A stretch of DNA of 64,000 bases from Sumerlaeia bacterium (GTDB lineage: Bacteria > Sumerlaeota > Sumerlaeia > SLMS01 > JAHLLQ01), in contig JAVJSW010000002.1 in assembly GCA_040219255.1 (NCBI GenBank), positions 1 through 64,000 of the forward strand. Reading direction: 5' to 3'. Positions 28,472 to 37,847 of this stretch are shown in pieces; positions within the stretch are counted from its first letter, which is position 1, and each line of letters starts with the position of its first letter. Position numbers and translations under genes: made by a program. Below the pieces are notes generated by a model. It did no database searches. It was given only the letters and a program-made list of their open reading frames with translations, and was not told the origin of the DNA.

Positions 28472-28678
28472 TCACCACCGAGCCACAGAGGGCACCGAGA
28501 TGTGGGAAGGGGCGTGGGAGATGATCGCGCGTCAGCCTCGTAATATGCAAGATGCGAGCCATGACTGAAAAACTCAGAAGCATCCCGGTATTGTCAAGAT
28601 CGAATGAATGATGTGCTCAATTTCACCGATAAACCTCGCCTTGTGACAATCTCTATGCCCTCTGTGGCTCGGTGGTGA
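28472..28678. repeat. long inverted-repeat element with AT-richer core
   Basis: TCACCACCGAGCCACAGAGGGCACCGAGA (28472-28500) versus 28650-28678: first 23 bp perfectly complementary, 27 of 29 overall. Confidence 0.9.
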
Positions 28679-28848
28679 TTTTAGAGTCCCTCCACCCCCC
28701 CACTCCCACCGCCGTGTTGAAGGCGATTGGCTTCATCCCGGCCGAGCCCCGCCTCCAAAGAACGTTCCCGTTGCATTCGCTGGCTGTGACGCAATCAGTT
28801 AGCCCCATCGCGCCCGCGCCAGCAAGCGCCAACCCGCTCGGAACTCTC

Positions 28849-29865
28849 ATGCACGAACTCCCTTTTGCCCTTGCCCAAGCCATCGAAGACCTTGCCCGCC
28901 AATATCCGCCTCCGTTGGTGGCGGCGGCGGCGAAGGAGTTGTCGGATCGATATCGCGAGAAGGGCCTCGCGCCCAGTTCGGTGATGGAAACCGAGGCCCA
29001 CCGCATCGCCTATGCCGTGACGCGGATGCCGGCGACCTACGCGGCGATCGCCCGGGTGCTGGAGGAAACCCTGCTGCGGCTGCCGGAATTCGAGCCGGCG
29101 TCGCTGCTCGATTTGGGGGCCGGGCCGGGGACGGCGGCCTGGGCCGTTTCCCAGGTCTTCGGCCAGACGGTCGAGTCGGTGCGCCTGATCGAGCGCGACG
29201 CCGATCTGGCCGATTTCGGGCGCGAGTTGATGGAGGAAACGGTGGACCCGGCGCTGCGCGGCGCCGAGCGCGAGGCTAGCGACCTGACCCTGCGCGAGGC
29301 CTACCCGACCACCGATCTCGTGACGATTTGCTACGCGCTGGGTGAAATCCCCCATCGTTTCCGCCCCGACGTGATCTCCGCGGCGTGGGCGGCCACGGCC
29401 CAGGACGGGTGCCTGATCGTGGTCGAGGCGGGCACGCCCGAGGGCTACGCGGTGGTGATCGAAGCGCGGGATTACCTGATTGCCAATGGTGCCAAGGTCG
29501 CGGCGCCGTGCCCCGGCGAAATCGCCTGTCCGATGGCGGGCACGACGTCCTGGTGTCATTTCCCGGAACGGCTGGCCCGCAGCAAGCGCCATCGCCTGAT
29601 GAAGGGCGCGAGCGTGGGCTATGAGGACGAGAAGTTCAGCTTCGCCGTGCTGACGCGGCGCGGCGATATCGAGCGGCCCGGCGCCCGGGTGGTGGATCGG
29701 CCGAAGACGCACAAGGCCGCGGTCGAGCTGCCGCTCTGCGCGCCGCCGGGCCTGGTTCAATTGCAGGTCGATCGCCGCGCCAAGGACGCCTACAAGATGG
29801 CGAAGAAAGCCCGGTGGGGCGATACCTGGGCGATGCCGGAGGAGGCGGAAGGAACGGCGTCATGA
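28849..29865 (+). CDS. Rsm22/METTL17-family SAM-dependent methyltransferase-like protein
   Basis: AYAVTRMPATY, LLDLGAGPGTA, VEAGTPEGY, APCP...CPM...WCHF, EDEKFS, WGD. Confidence 0.9.
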   Translation: MHELPFALAQAIEDLARQYPPPLVAAAAKELSDRYREKGLAPSSVMETEAHRIAYAVTRMPATYAAIARVLEETLLRLPEFEPASLLDLGAGPGTAAWAVSQVFGQTVESVRLIERDADLADFGRELMEETVDPALRGAEREASDLTLREAYPTTDLVTICYALGEIPHRFRPDVISAAWAATAQDGCLIVVEAGTPEGYAVVIEARDYLIANGAKVAAPCPGEIACPMAGTTSWCHFPERLARSKRHRLMKGASVGYEDEKFSFAVLTRRGDIERPGARVVDRPKTHKAAVELPLCAPPGLVQLQVDRRAKDAYKMAKKARWGDTWAMPEEAEGTAS

Positions 29866-30620
29866 GTTCGCTGCGGCTCGCTCAGCATTTCCGCGAAATT
29901 CATCATGAACACTTCGTCGAAATCGATTCCACGCACGCTTATGTGCTGGAACGGCTCGAAGGGGGCGAGGTGCCGGGGCTGCCGTGGCTGGTCACCACGG
30001 ACCATCAGACGGCGGGCATGGGGCGCCAGGGGAACGTCTGGTTTTCCAAGGCGGGCACGATGCTCCAGTTCAACCTGACGCTGGCGTGGGTGCCGCTGTT
30101 CGATCTGTACTCGCCGAGCCTGATCGCGGGGCTGGCGGTGGTGCGGGCGCTGGAGCCGCTGACGATGCCGCCGCCGCGCCTGAAATGGCCCAACGACCTG
30201 CTGATCGCGGAGAAGAAGGTCTGCGGCATGCTGGCCAAGCGCATCGGCCACGCCGTGACCTTCGGCATCGGGATCAACGTCACGCCGCGCGAGAGCGACT
30301 TCCCGGCCTTCGCCGACGGCTATTTCCCGACGTCGCTGGCGGCCCACGCGGCCCACGGCACGCCGGACCGCGACGGGGTACTGTCGGCGATTCTGCTACA
30401 ATGGGAGGAGGTTCTGGCGATGACGCCGGAGGCCCTCCACGAAGCCATCGACGAGCGCTGCCACACCATCGGCCGCCGGGTGCGCGTCGAGCTGGACGGG
30501 GGCTCAATCCTGGAGGGCGTGGCCGAGCGGCTCGATCCCCCGGGGGTTTTGATGATCCGCCGCGCGGATGGCGGGCTGGTGCCGTGCTGGGCCGGTCATT
30601 TGCGGGAAGTGGCGGACTGA
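29862..30620 (+). CDS. birA: biotin-protein ligase (no DNA-binding domain)
   Basis: IDSTH, QTAGMGRQGNVW, LKWPNDLL, KKVCGML, GIGIN; ATGA overlap. Confidence 0.9.
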   Translation: MSSLRLAQHFREIHHEHFVEIDSTHAYVLERLEGGEVPGLPWLVTTDHQTAGMGRQGNVWFSKAGTMLQFNLTLAWVPLFDLYSPSLIAGLAVVRALEPLTMPPPRLKWPNDLLIAEKKVCGMLAKRIGHAVTFGIGINVTPRESDFPAFADGYFPTSLAAHAAHGTPDRDGVLSAILLQWEEVLAMTPEALHEAIDERCHTIGRRVRVELDGGSILEGVAERLDPPGVLMIRRADGGLVPCWAGHLREVAD

Positions 30621-32086
30621 AGCCACCAGGCGCCGCGTTCGAAAACGCCCTGGCTGGCCACAAAGAAACACCCCGCCGCCATCAAGCCCGCGAAGGTCGT
30701 GGCGGGCCAGACCCAGTAGATCTTCGCCGTGGCGACCATGAGCAAAAAATAACATCCGAAAGCGGCCTCGCCGAGGGGCAGCAGGCTACGGCCGCGGAGC
30801 CCGAGGGGCTGGGACTTGCGCCCGACGGCGCCGGTCTTCGGCGTTCGGACGAACGCGGTGCGGCGGCCGAGGAGGCCCTGAATCACGGCGGAAGCGTTGT
30901 TCAGCGCCATGCCGACGCCCAGCATCATGCAGCCCAGACCCAGCACCGCGGCCCGCGATGGGCGGCTGCCGCCGAGCCTCGCGGCGGTCAGGAAGTAGAG
31001 AAAAAACGCCGCCGTGGCGGGAAAGAACAGCGCGGCGTCGAGCCAGCGCAGCTCGACCAGGCCATGCAGTTCCCGCAGCGAAAAGACGGGGAAGCTGAGC
31101 CCCAAGAGCAGCACCATCATCAGATGGCCGGAATTGCCCAGGAGATGAAACGCCGCCTCGGCCTTGGCCGGGCGGGGCAGGTGCGCCCGCAGGATCCGTG
31201 GGCCGAGTTTACGGGCGACTTCCATGCTGCCCTTGGCCCAGCGCTGCTGCTGGCTGCGATAGGCCGCCATGGCGGCGGGCAACTCGGCGGGGGCCACGAC
31301 GTCGTCGCGATAGACGAAACGCCAGCCGCGAAGCTGAGCGCGGTAGGACAGGTCGAGGTCCTCGGTCAGGGTGTCGCCCTCCCACCCGCCGGCGTCATCG
31401 ATGGCGGCGCGGCGCCAGATACCTGCCGTGCCATTGAAGTTGAAGAACCGGCCGGTGGCGGCGCGGACGGCGTGCTCGATGCGGAAATGGCCATCGAGCA
31501 TCGTGGCCTGAAGTCGGGTGAGCAGCGAGGACTCGCGGTTGAGGTGGCCCCAGCGGGCCTGCACCAGGCCGAGGCGCGGATCGGCGGCGAACTCGGGCGC
31601 GAGGCGCCGCAGGAAATCGCGGGGCGGGAGGAAATCGGCGTCGAAAATCGCGATCAGTTCGGAGCGGTCACGCTCCAGCCCCCAGGCCAGAGCCCCGGCC
31701 TTGAACCCGGCGCGGCTGGCGCGGCGCAGGTGCTGGACGTCAAGCCCCCGGGCGCCCCAGTGGCGGGCCGCCTCGGCGCAGGCGGCGGAGGTTTCGACGT
31801 CGGTGGAATCATCGAGGATATGAATCGCCAGCCGATCCGCCGGATAATCCAGCGCCGCCACGGCGTCGATGAGCCGCCGCGCCACCGAGGGCTCGTTGTA
31901 GAGCGGAAGCTGCACGGTGACGCTGGGCCAGGAGGAGACGGAAAGCTCGGGACGAACCTCCGGCGCGGCGCGGCGCAAGCGGCGCAGGCTCCACACCATC
32001 CAAAGCCGATGGGCCCCGAAAACCGCCAACCCCGTCAGGAGCAGGTAGTAAGCGAACAGCAGCGTAACATCCAGGGCGCTCAACAT
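30596..32086 (-). CDS. processive GT2 glycosyltransferase (cellulose synthase/CslA-like)
   Basis: QLPLYNE, GFKAGAL, IFDADF, TEDLDLSYRAQ, QQQRWAKG (D,D,D,QxxRW). Confidence 0.92.
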   Translation of the reverse strand: MLSALDVTLLFAYYLLLTGLAVFGAHRLWMVWSLRRLRRAAPEVRPELSVSSWPSVTVQLPLYNEPSVARRLIDAVAALDYPADRLAIHILDDSTDVETSAACAEAARHWGARGLDVQHLRRASRAGFKAGALAWGLERDRSELIAIFDADFLPPRDFLRRLAPEFAADPRLGLVQARWGHLNRESSLLTRLQATMLDGHFRIEHAVRAATGRFFNFNGTAGIWRRAAIDDAGGWEGDTLTEDLDLSYRAQLRGWRFVYRDDVVAPAELPAAMAAYRSQQQRWAKGSMEVARKLGPRILRAHLPRPAKAEAAFHLLGNSGHLMMVLLLGLSFPVFSLRELHGLVELRWLDAALFFPATAAFFLYFLTAARLGGSRPSRAAVLGLGCMMLGVGMALNNASAVIQGLLGRRTAFVRTPKTGAVGRKSQPLGLRGRSLLPLGEAAFGCYFLLMVATAKIYWVWPATTFAGLMAAGCFFVASQGVFERGAWWLQSATSRK

Positions 32087-32134
32087 GGCGCCAACCGAAC
32101 CGAAACTGGAACGGGGCGGCGAGGCAAATGGCCG

Positions 32135-32908
32135 CTATGACCGGCCCCGTTCGCGCAGGATGCGCTCGGCGTAGGCGATGTCGGCGGCGACGTCCACGCC
32201 CGAGGCGTCGTGCTGGACGGTGCCGCAGAGGATTTTGTAGCCCGCTTCCAGAATTCGGAGTTGCTCCAGGCGCTCGGCCTTTTCCAGCGGGGACGGCGGC
32301 ATACCGACGAAGGCTTCCAGCACCGGCCGGCGGAAGGCGTAGAGGCCAAGGTGCTTGTAACCGTAAACGCGGCCGGGGGCGTTGCGTTCCGCTTCGGTAA
32401 AGCGGGCATCGCTGGGAATCGGCGAACGGCTGAAGTAAAGGGACCGGTGACCTTCGCCTCGGACAACCTTGACGGCGTTGGGCGTTTGAAAAGTTTCCGC
32501 ATCGGTAATGGGCACACAGGCCGTGGCGACATCGCCGGAGGGATCGCGCTCCAGCAGCTCCACCACGGCGGAGAGGGTTTCCGGAGCCATGAGAGGCTCG
32601 TCACCCTGCAGATTGATCAGAATCTCGGAATTTTTACCATCCGGGTGGCGCTGGGCCGCCTGCCAGACTCGGTCGCTGCCCGAGGGAAGAGCCGGGTCGG
32701 TCATGACCGCCTCGCCGCCAAAGCCCGCCACCGCCTCGGCGATGCGTTCGTCGTCGGTGGCGACAAGGACCTTGTCGATGCCTTTGGCTTGCTGGGCGAT
32801 TTCCATGACCCATTGAATCATGGGCCGGCCGAGGATGGGCAGGAGGGGCTTGCCGGGGAGGCGCTCGGCGCCGTAGCGGGCGGGGATGACACAGAGAACA
32901 CGAGACAT
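32135..32908 (-). CDS. kdsB: 3-deoxy-manno-octulosonate cytidylyltransferase
   Basis: IPARYGAERLPGKPL, SGSDR, NLQGDEP, YFSRSPIP, LEQLRILEAG. Confidence 0.96.
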   Translation of the reverse strand: MSRVLCVIPARYGAERLPGKPLLPILGRPMIQWVMEIAQQAKGIDKVLVATDDERIAEAVAGFGGEAVMTDPALPSGSDRVWQAAQRHPDGKNSEILINLQGDEPLMAPETLSAVVELLERDPSGDVATACVPITDAETFQTPNAVKVVRGEGHRSLYFSRSPIPSDARFTEAERNAPGRVYGYKHLGLYAFRRPVLEAFVGMPPSPLEKAERLEQLRILEAGYKILCGTVQHDASGVDVAADIAYAERILRERGRS

Positions 32909-33161
32909 GGAGCGTCAGCTTTCAAAGACGATGGAGCACTTTCAATGGAGGTGATGCCTGAGGGGTGGCCGGAGGCAAGCTCGATCAAGATTTCGCGCGC
33001 ATCCGATAAAGGCCTTATGCGGGATTGGGCCATCTCCAGGAGGTGCGTCAACCTGCGGTCTTGACCCGCCGAAGTGGCAGCGGACAGCGTTCCCACCAGC
33101 ATTGCCCTTTCCCACGATTTAATCGACACTACCGGGTGGATTTGGCACCTGACCGGCCCAT

Positions 33162-34736
33162 ATGCTCTTCAATTCCTACGAATTCATTTTTGTTTTTCTA
33201 CCAGCCACGCTCCTCGTGTTTTTCGCCTTGGGCCGCCGGGGCGGGACGCGCATGGCGCTGGCGTTCCTGGTGGTGGCGTCGCTGGTTTACTACGGCTGGT
33301 GGAATCCGCTCTACCTGGTCCTGATTCTCTTTTCGATCCTGTTCAACTTCTGGTTCGGTAAGGTCATCGGCCGGGCGGAGGCTCCCAGGCACCGGCGCAA
33401 AGTAGCCCTTTGGACCGGCATCGCGATCAATCTGGCGATGCTGGGGTATTTCAAGTACGCGGACTTTACGCTGATCACGCTGAACCGGCTCTTCGAGGCC
33501 GATCAGCCCCTGCTCTACATCGTGCTGCCGCTGGGAATTTCTTTCTTCACCTTCCAGCAGATCGCCTACCTGGTGGACGCCTACGAAGGCGAAACGCAGG
33601 AGTACGATTTCCTGAACTACTGCCTGTTCGTCAGCTTCTTCCCCCAACTGATCGCCGGGCCCATCGTGCATCACAAGGACGTGATGCCGCAGTTCGCCGA
33701 GCCCTCGACGTTCCACTTCCGCATCGAGAACCTGGCCATCGGCGGCACGATTTTCGCCATCGGGTTGTTCAAGAAAGTCATCTTCGCAGACACCATGGCG
33801 GGCTATGCGTCGCCACTGTTCGGGGCCGCGGCGGCGGGCAAGATCTTCTCGTTCTGGGAAGCCTGGATCGGATCGCTGGCGTATTCGCTCCAGCTCTACT
33901 TCGATTTCTCCGGCTACTCCGACATGGCCATCGGCGCGGCCCGGATCTTTGGCATCCTGATTCCGCTGAACTTCAACTCGCCGTACAAGTCGTTGAATAT
34001 CATCGACTTCTGGCGGCGCTGGCACATGACCCTGTCGCGGTTCCTGCGCGATTACCTGTACATTCCTATGGGTGGGAACCGGGTCAGTCCCACGCGCCGC
34101 AACATCAACCTGATGCTGACGATGCTGTTGGGTGGTCTGTGGCACGGGGCGGGGTGGCAGTTCGTTCTCTGGGGCGGGCTCCACGGGTTTTTCCTGATCG
34201 TCAACCGGCTGTGGCACGACTTCCGGACTTGGCTGGGTCAGGACCCCCGCAAGGAGGGTTCGCTGCTGTCACGGGTGGTTTCGATGGGGCTGACGTTTCT
34301 GGCGGTGGTGGTGGCCTGGGTGTTCTTCCGGGCCAATTCGGTCGAGACGGCATTCGCGATTCTCGGCAAGATGTTCAGCGTGTACCCTTTGACGTTGCCG
34401 CCCGGGCTCGAGAGCAAACTCGGCTTCCTGCCGGGCGTTCGCTTTGACGAAGTGCGCCTCGCTCTGCCCTACAACCTGAACACGGCTCTCTTGCAGATTG
34501 CCGCGCTCTTGACCATTGCGTTTCTGGCGCCCAACACCCAGGAAATCATGGCGCGGTTCAAACCGGCCCTGGATGCGAAGCCCTTCGTGGAAGCCCGCAC
34601 CCGGCTCGAGGAGTGGGTTTACCGGATTTTTCTCTGGAGGCCGACGCCGCGCTGGGCGGTGTTGACGGGCGCCATCACGCTGATCGCGATTCTTTACCTC
34701 TCTCGCGAGAGCGAATTCATTTACTACCAGTTTTAG
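33162..34736 (+). CDS. MBOAT O-acyltransferase (AlgI/PatA type)
   Basis: LPLGISFFTFQQIAY, FFPQLIAGPI, DFSGYSDMA, FWRRWHMTLS, GLWHGA, C-terminal EFIYYQF. Confidence 0.95.
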   Translation: MLFNSYEFIFVFLPATLLVFFALGRRGGTRMALAFLVVASLVYYGWWNPLYLVLILFSILFNFWFGKVIGRAEAPRHRRKVALWTGIAINLAMLGYFKYADFTLITLNRLFEADQPLLYIVLPLGISFFTFQQIAYLVDAYEGETQEYDFLNYCLFVSFFPQLIAGPIVHHKDVMPQFAEPSTFHFRIENLAIGGTIFAIGLFKKVIFADTMAGYASPLFGAAAAGKIFSFWEAWIGSLAYSLQLYFDFSGYSDMAIGAARIFGILIPLNFNSPYKSLNIIDFWRRWHMTLSRFLRDYLYIPMGGNRVSPTRRNINLMLTMLLGGLWHGAGWQFVLWGGLHGFFLIVNRLWHDFRTWLGQDPRKEGSLLSRVVSMGLTFLAVVVAWVFFRANSVETAFAILGKMFSVYPLTLPPGLESKLGFLPGVRFDEVRLALPYNLNTALLQIAALLTIAFLAPNTQEIMARFKPALDAKPFVEARTRLEEWVYRIFLWRPTPRWAVLTGAITLIAILYLSRESEFIYYQF

Positions 34737-34745
34737 CGAGGACTC

Positions 34746-36107
34746 ATGAACTCCACACCTGTTGTCAGCCAAGCCCCCGACGAAAGTCTTGTCCTCGAAC
34801 CCGAGGGAACTTTCTCCCTGTCGAACTCCGCGGAAGGGCTGGCTGCCGAGTTTCACCCAAGGGAGGCGGCTTTCGGCTCCGATTCGGTTTACAGCGCTTA
34901 TGTGAAGGTGATGACCGGAGTCTTGGCGGCGGGCTTGTTGGTGGTGATGCTCCTCAACGTGATCGTGGACCCTTACGAGTTCTTCGGAAGCCCGGAAGTG
35001 AGAGGGATCAACAAGTACAACAGCGACGTCAACGTGGGTGGCCAACGACGGACCAAGTCCCTTCAGATGAAGGCCCACGACTATACGATCGTCATCGGCG
35101 GCTCTTCGCGCGTGATGCGAACCATCGATCCGGACTCGGAAGTTTTCGAAGGCAGACCGGCCTACAACGCGGGCATCTTCGGGACGAACATGGTGGAACT
35201 GGAAAAGGTGCTCGATGAAGCTCTGAGAAGAGACGATCTGGAGCAGATCTACCTGGGGCTCGATTTCCTGATGTTTTCCACGGGGCGCGGCTATTCGGGC
35301 GACATGCTGTCGTCGGGTTTCGCCGGCGTGCCCAAGTGGAAGATCCTTCTGGAGTCCACGGTATCCGCCGACGCTCTGGCCGCTTCGATCGATACGCTTG
35401 AAATCAACCGGAAATCTCCCGATCAGGGCGCCTATCTTTCGGAAGATGGCTTTGTCATTGACGAGCGGGAAAGCAAGCCCGCCCTCCCCTACCGGCGCGA
35501 AAAGTTTGACGCGATGCTGTCCAAGAACTTCATGATCGATCCGGAAACGTACGCCGCCTTTCAATACGACCCAAACCGGATGCGGATGCTGAAATCCATC
35601 CTCATGAAGTGCCAGGAAAAGGGAGTGGGTGTCACCTTGTTCCTCCCCCCCGTGCACGCCCGCCAACTCGAAACCATCGACGTGATGGGTCTCTGGCCGG
35701 TCTTCGAGTTCTGGAAAAAGGATCTGGTGGAGGTTGTGGCATCCGGCGAATTGGCCGAAGCCCAAGTCTCGCTCTATGATTTCACGGGATACGACATCTA
35801 TACCACCGAACCGATCCCGCCCTACAAGAGCCCGGAGGACATGGTTTATTGGTCCGAGTCCTCGCACGCCCGCGAAGCCTTGGGTGAATTGGTCTTGCAG
35901 CGTCTGACCGGACATGGGGCCAGCGATCTGCCGGAGGATTTCGGTGTCTTGCTGACCGCTGAGAACATCGCGAGCCACCTGGAGACGGTGCGCCGGGAGC
36001 GCGAGGTCAACATCGCAGAGAACCCGGACGAACGGCGGGCGGTCCTGCGGCTGTATCACCAGACGGCCCCTGAACGTTTCCGGAACCGGTTGGGAAGCGG
36101 CGGCTGA
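34746..36107 (+). CDS. membrane-anchored SGNH-like partner of the MBOAT
   Basis: TM followed by VDPY, IGGSSR, YNAG, LPPVH and SESSH; typical position after an AlgI-type gene. Confidence 0.7.
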   Translation: MNSTPVVSQAPDESLVLEPEGTFSLSNSAEGLAAEFHPREAAFGSDSVYSAYVKVMTGVLAAGLLVVMLLNVIVDPYEFFGSPEVRGINKYNSDVNVGGQRRTKSLQMKAHDYTIVIGGSSRVMRTIDPDSEVFEGRPAYNAGIFGTNMVELEKVLDEALRRDDLEQIYLGLDFLMFSTGRGYSGDMLSSGFAGVPKWKILLESTVSADALAASIDTLEINRKSPDQGAYLSEDGFVIDERESKPALPYRREKFDAMLSKNFMIDPETYAAFQYDPNRMRMLKSILMKCQEKGVGVTLFLPPVHARQLETIDVMGLWPVFEFWKKDLVEVVASGELAEAQVSLYDFTGYDIYTTEPIPPYKSPEDMVYWSESSHAREALGELVLQRLTGHGASDLPEDFGVLLTAENIASHLETVRREREVNIAENPDERRAVLRLYHQTAPERFRNRLGSGG

Positions 36108-37787
36108 ATGATGGGCCCGAAAGTGCGCCTCCTCCTGCCAGTGCTGGCCGCTCTCGCTCTGGCGGGCCCCGGTGCCGCGCAGGATTCGTCCTTTCGCCAA
36201 AGTCAAAACCAGAAGCGCGAAATCGAAGACGGCGTGGTCTTTCAGTCGCGCCAGAGCCTGGGCCGGAACTTCGCCCGGCGTTCGGAATACGTCGGCCTGG
36301 AGCGCGCCCCCGGGGCGGAGGTTTCCCTGGAAGTGATCGCCGCCGAGGCCGGTCCGCTGACCGAGGGCGCCCTCCTGCCGATGGCGGTGCGGGCCGATGC
36401 GTTGTCGCTGCTGGGCTGGCCGCTCGAAAGCGAGGGGCTGGTCTTCGACGGGGAAACGCTCGGGCGCTGGCCCGCCGTGGAAAACGCGCCCGTGCTGGTG
36501 CTTCTGCCGGAAGGGGGCGCAACCCTGTTGGAACCCAAGCCCTCATCCGCCGCCCGCATCCTGACGGAGCAGGGAGCTGAGATTCCGCTGGGGGCGATCA
36601 ATTCCGCCGCCACGACCGGGGCGCTCTTGCTGGCGGGCCGTCTGGCACGGGGGGAGACCGCGGTGGCAGGCCTCACGCCCGAGACACTCTTGATTCCGCT
36701 GATCCCCGCGCAGAAAAACACGGCCCCGGCGCGTTCCCTCTGGGACGGGCTCATGCCCGAGGAAACCCGGGAATGGACCATGCTGCGGCCCCGCTCGTTG
36801 GGCGAGCAGGGCCTCCGCGACGGCGAGTGGGCCATCGCGCTCACAGGCGAAGGGGCGGCGGGCTGGCTCGAGGTCTTGCTGGCGGCTCGGACCGTTCGTT
36901 TCGAGGTTCCCCTGCCCGAGGAAATCGCTTTCGCCCGGGGCGCGATCCAGGGCGGCCAATGGCTGATGCGCCAAGGCCAGGAAATTCCAGCGCCCTTGCC
37001 CCTGGACCCGCGGGCGCCGGTGGCGTTCCTGGGCGTCTTGCCGGAAGGCGGCGGAGCGGTGTTGGGAAATTCGGGCGCGCTGGAGCGCGGCGTTCTACCG
37101 CACACGCGGGGTGACCTGATCGGTTTCCTGAGCGAAGCGGGAGCCACCGATGCCGTCGAATTCCCCGATTGCGCCCTGCCGCGGTTGTTGCCCGATCCGC
37201 GCGACCGCCAGTGGCAGGCGAGCCGCGGCCAGGTGCCAGCGACCTTCGCCCTGGCCATCGTGCCCCGGGCGCCGGCGCTGACCTTGCCCGGTCCGGGACC
37301 GGACTTCGCCCGGCTGGAGAACGTCGCCGTTTCCGCCGTCAGCCAGGGGTCGTCCTTTGGCAACGGGCCGGAAGCGCTGCTCGACGGGCGTCTGTCGCCG
37401 TCGTCGACGCTCGATTCCTTTTGGCGGCTGGAGGACGGGGAGGGTGCCTGGGTGGAGTTTTCCCTGCCGGGTCCCAACGCGATCGGCGCCATCGACCTGA
37501 TCCACGCGGAGAACCTGGGCTTCTCGCCCCAGTTCAACATTCAGGGCTGGGAATTGTACGGGCGTGCGCGCCGCAGTGACCGCTGGGAGTTGATCGCCGC
37601 CCAGATGCACGAGAAGCCCAAAGCCCGAGAGCGCATCGTGCTGGACCCGCCCAGGCGGCTGGGCGACCTGCGGCTGGTGGTGGTCGATCCGTCGTTTCAG
37701 CCGGGGGATTCGACGGTGCGGCTGGCGGAGTTGGCCATTTGGTACCAAACGAGCGCGAGCGATCCGATGGCTCTGGATGCCCGTTGA
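36108..37787 (+). CDS. secreted protein with degenerate phosphodiester-glycosidase-like region and C-terminal discoidin (F5/8C)-like domain
   Basis: Signal peptide; AIQGGQWLMRQG and GATDAV resemble the NAGPA fold; PEALLDG..W..AWVEFSL..RLAEL resembles F5/8C. Confidence 0.6.
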   Translation: MMGPKVRLLLPVLAALALAGPGAAQDSSFRQSQNQKREIEDGVVFQSRQSLGRNFARRSEYVGLERAPGAEVSLEVIAAEAGPLTEGALLPMAVRADALSLLGWPLESEGLVFDGETLGRWPAVENAPVLVLLPEGGATLLEPKPSSAARILTEQGAEIPLGAINSAATTGALLLAGRLARGETAVAGLTPETLLIPLIPAQKNTAPARSLWDGLMPEETREWTMLRPRSLGEQGLRDGEWAIALTGEGAAGWLEVLLAARTVRFEVPLPEEIAFARGAIQGGQWLMRQGQEIPAPLPLDPRAPVAFLGVLPEGGGAVLGNSGALERGVLPHTRGDLIGFLSEAGATDAVEFPDCALPRLLPDPRDRQWQASRGQVPATFALAIVPRAPALTLPGPGPDFARLENVAVSAVSQGSSFGNGPEALLDGRLSPSSTLDSFWRLEDGEGAWVEFSLPGPNAIGAIDLIHAENLGFSPQFNIQGWELYGRARRSDRWELIAAQMHEKPKARERIVLDPPRRLGDLRLVVVDPSFQPGDSTVRLAELAIWYQTSASDPMALDAR

Positions 37788-37847
37788 TTCCACGGGGCGA
37801 GCCGGGTCAGGGTGCGCGCCTCAATTCCGCCCAAGGATCGCGCGCCC

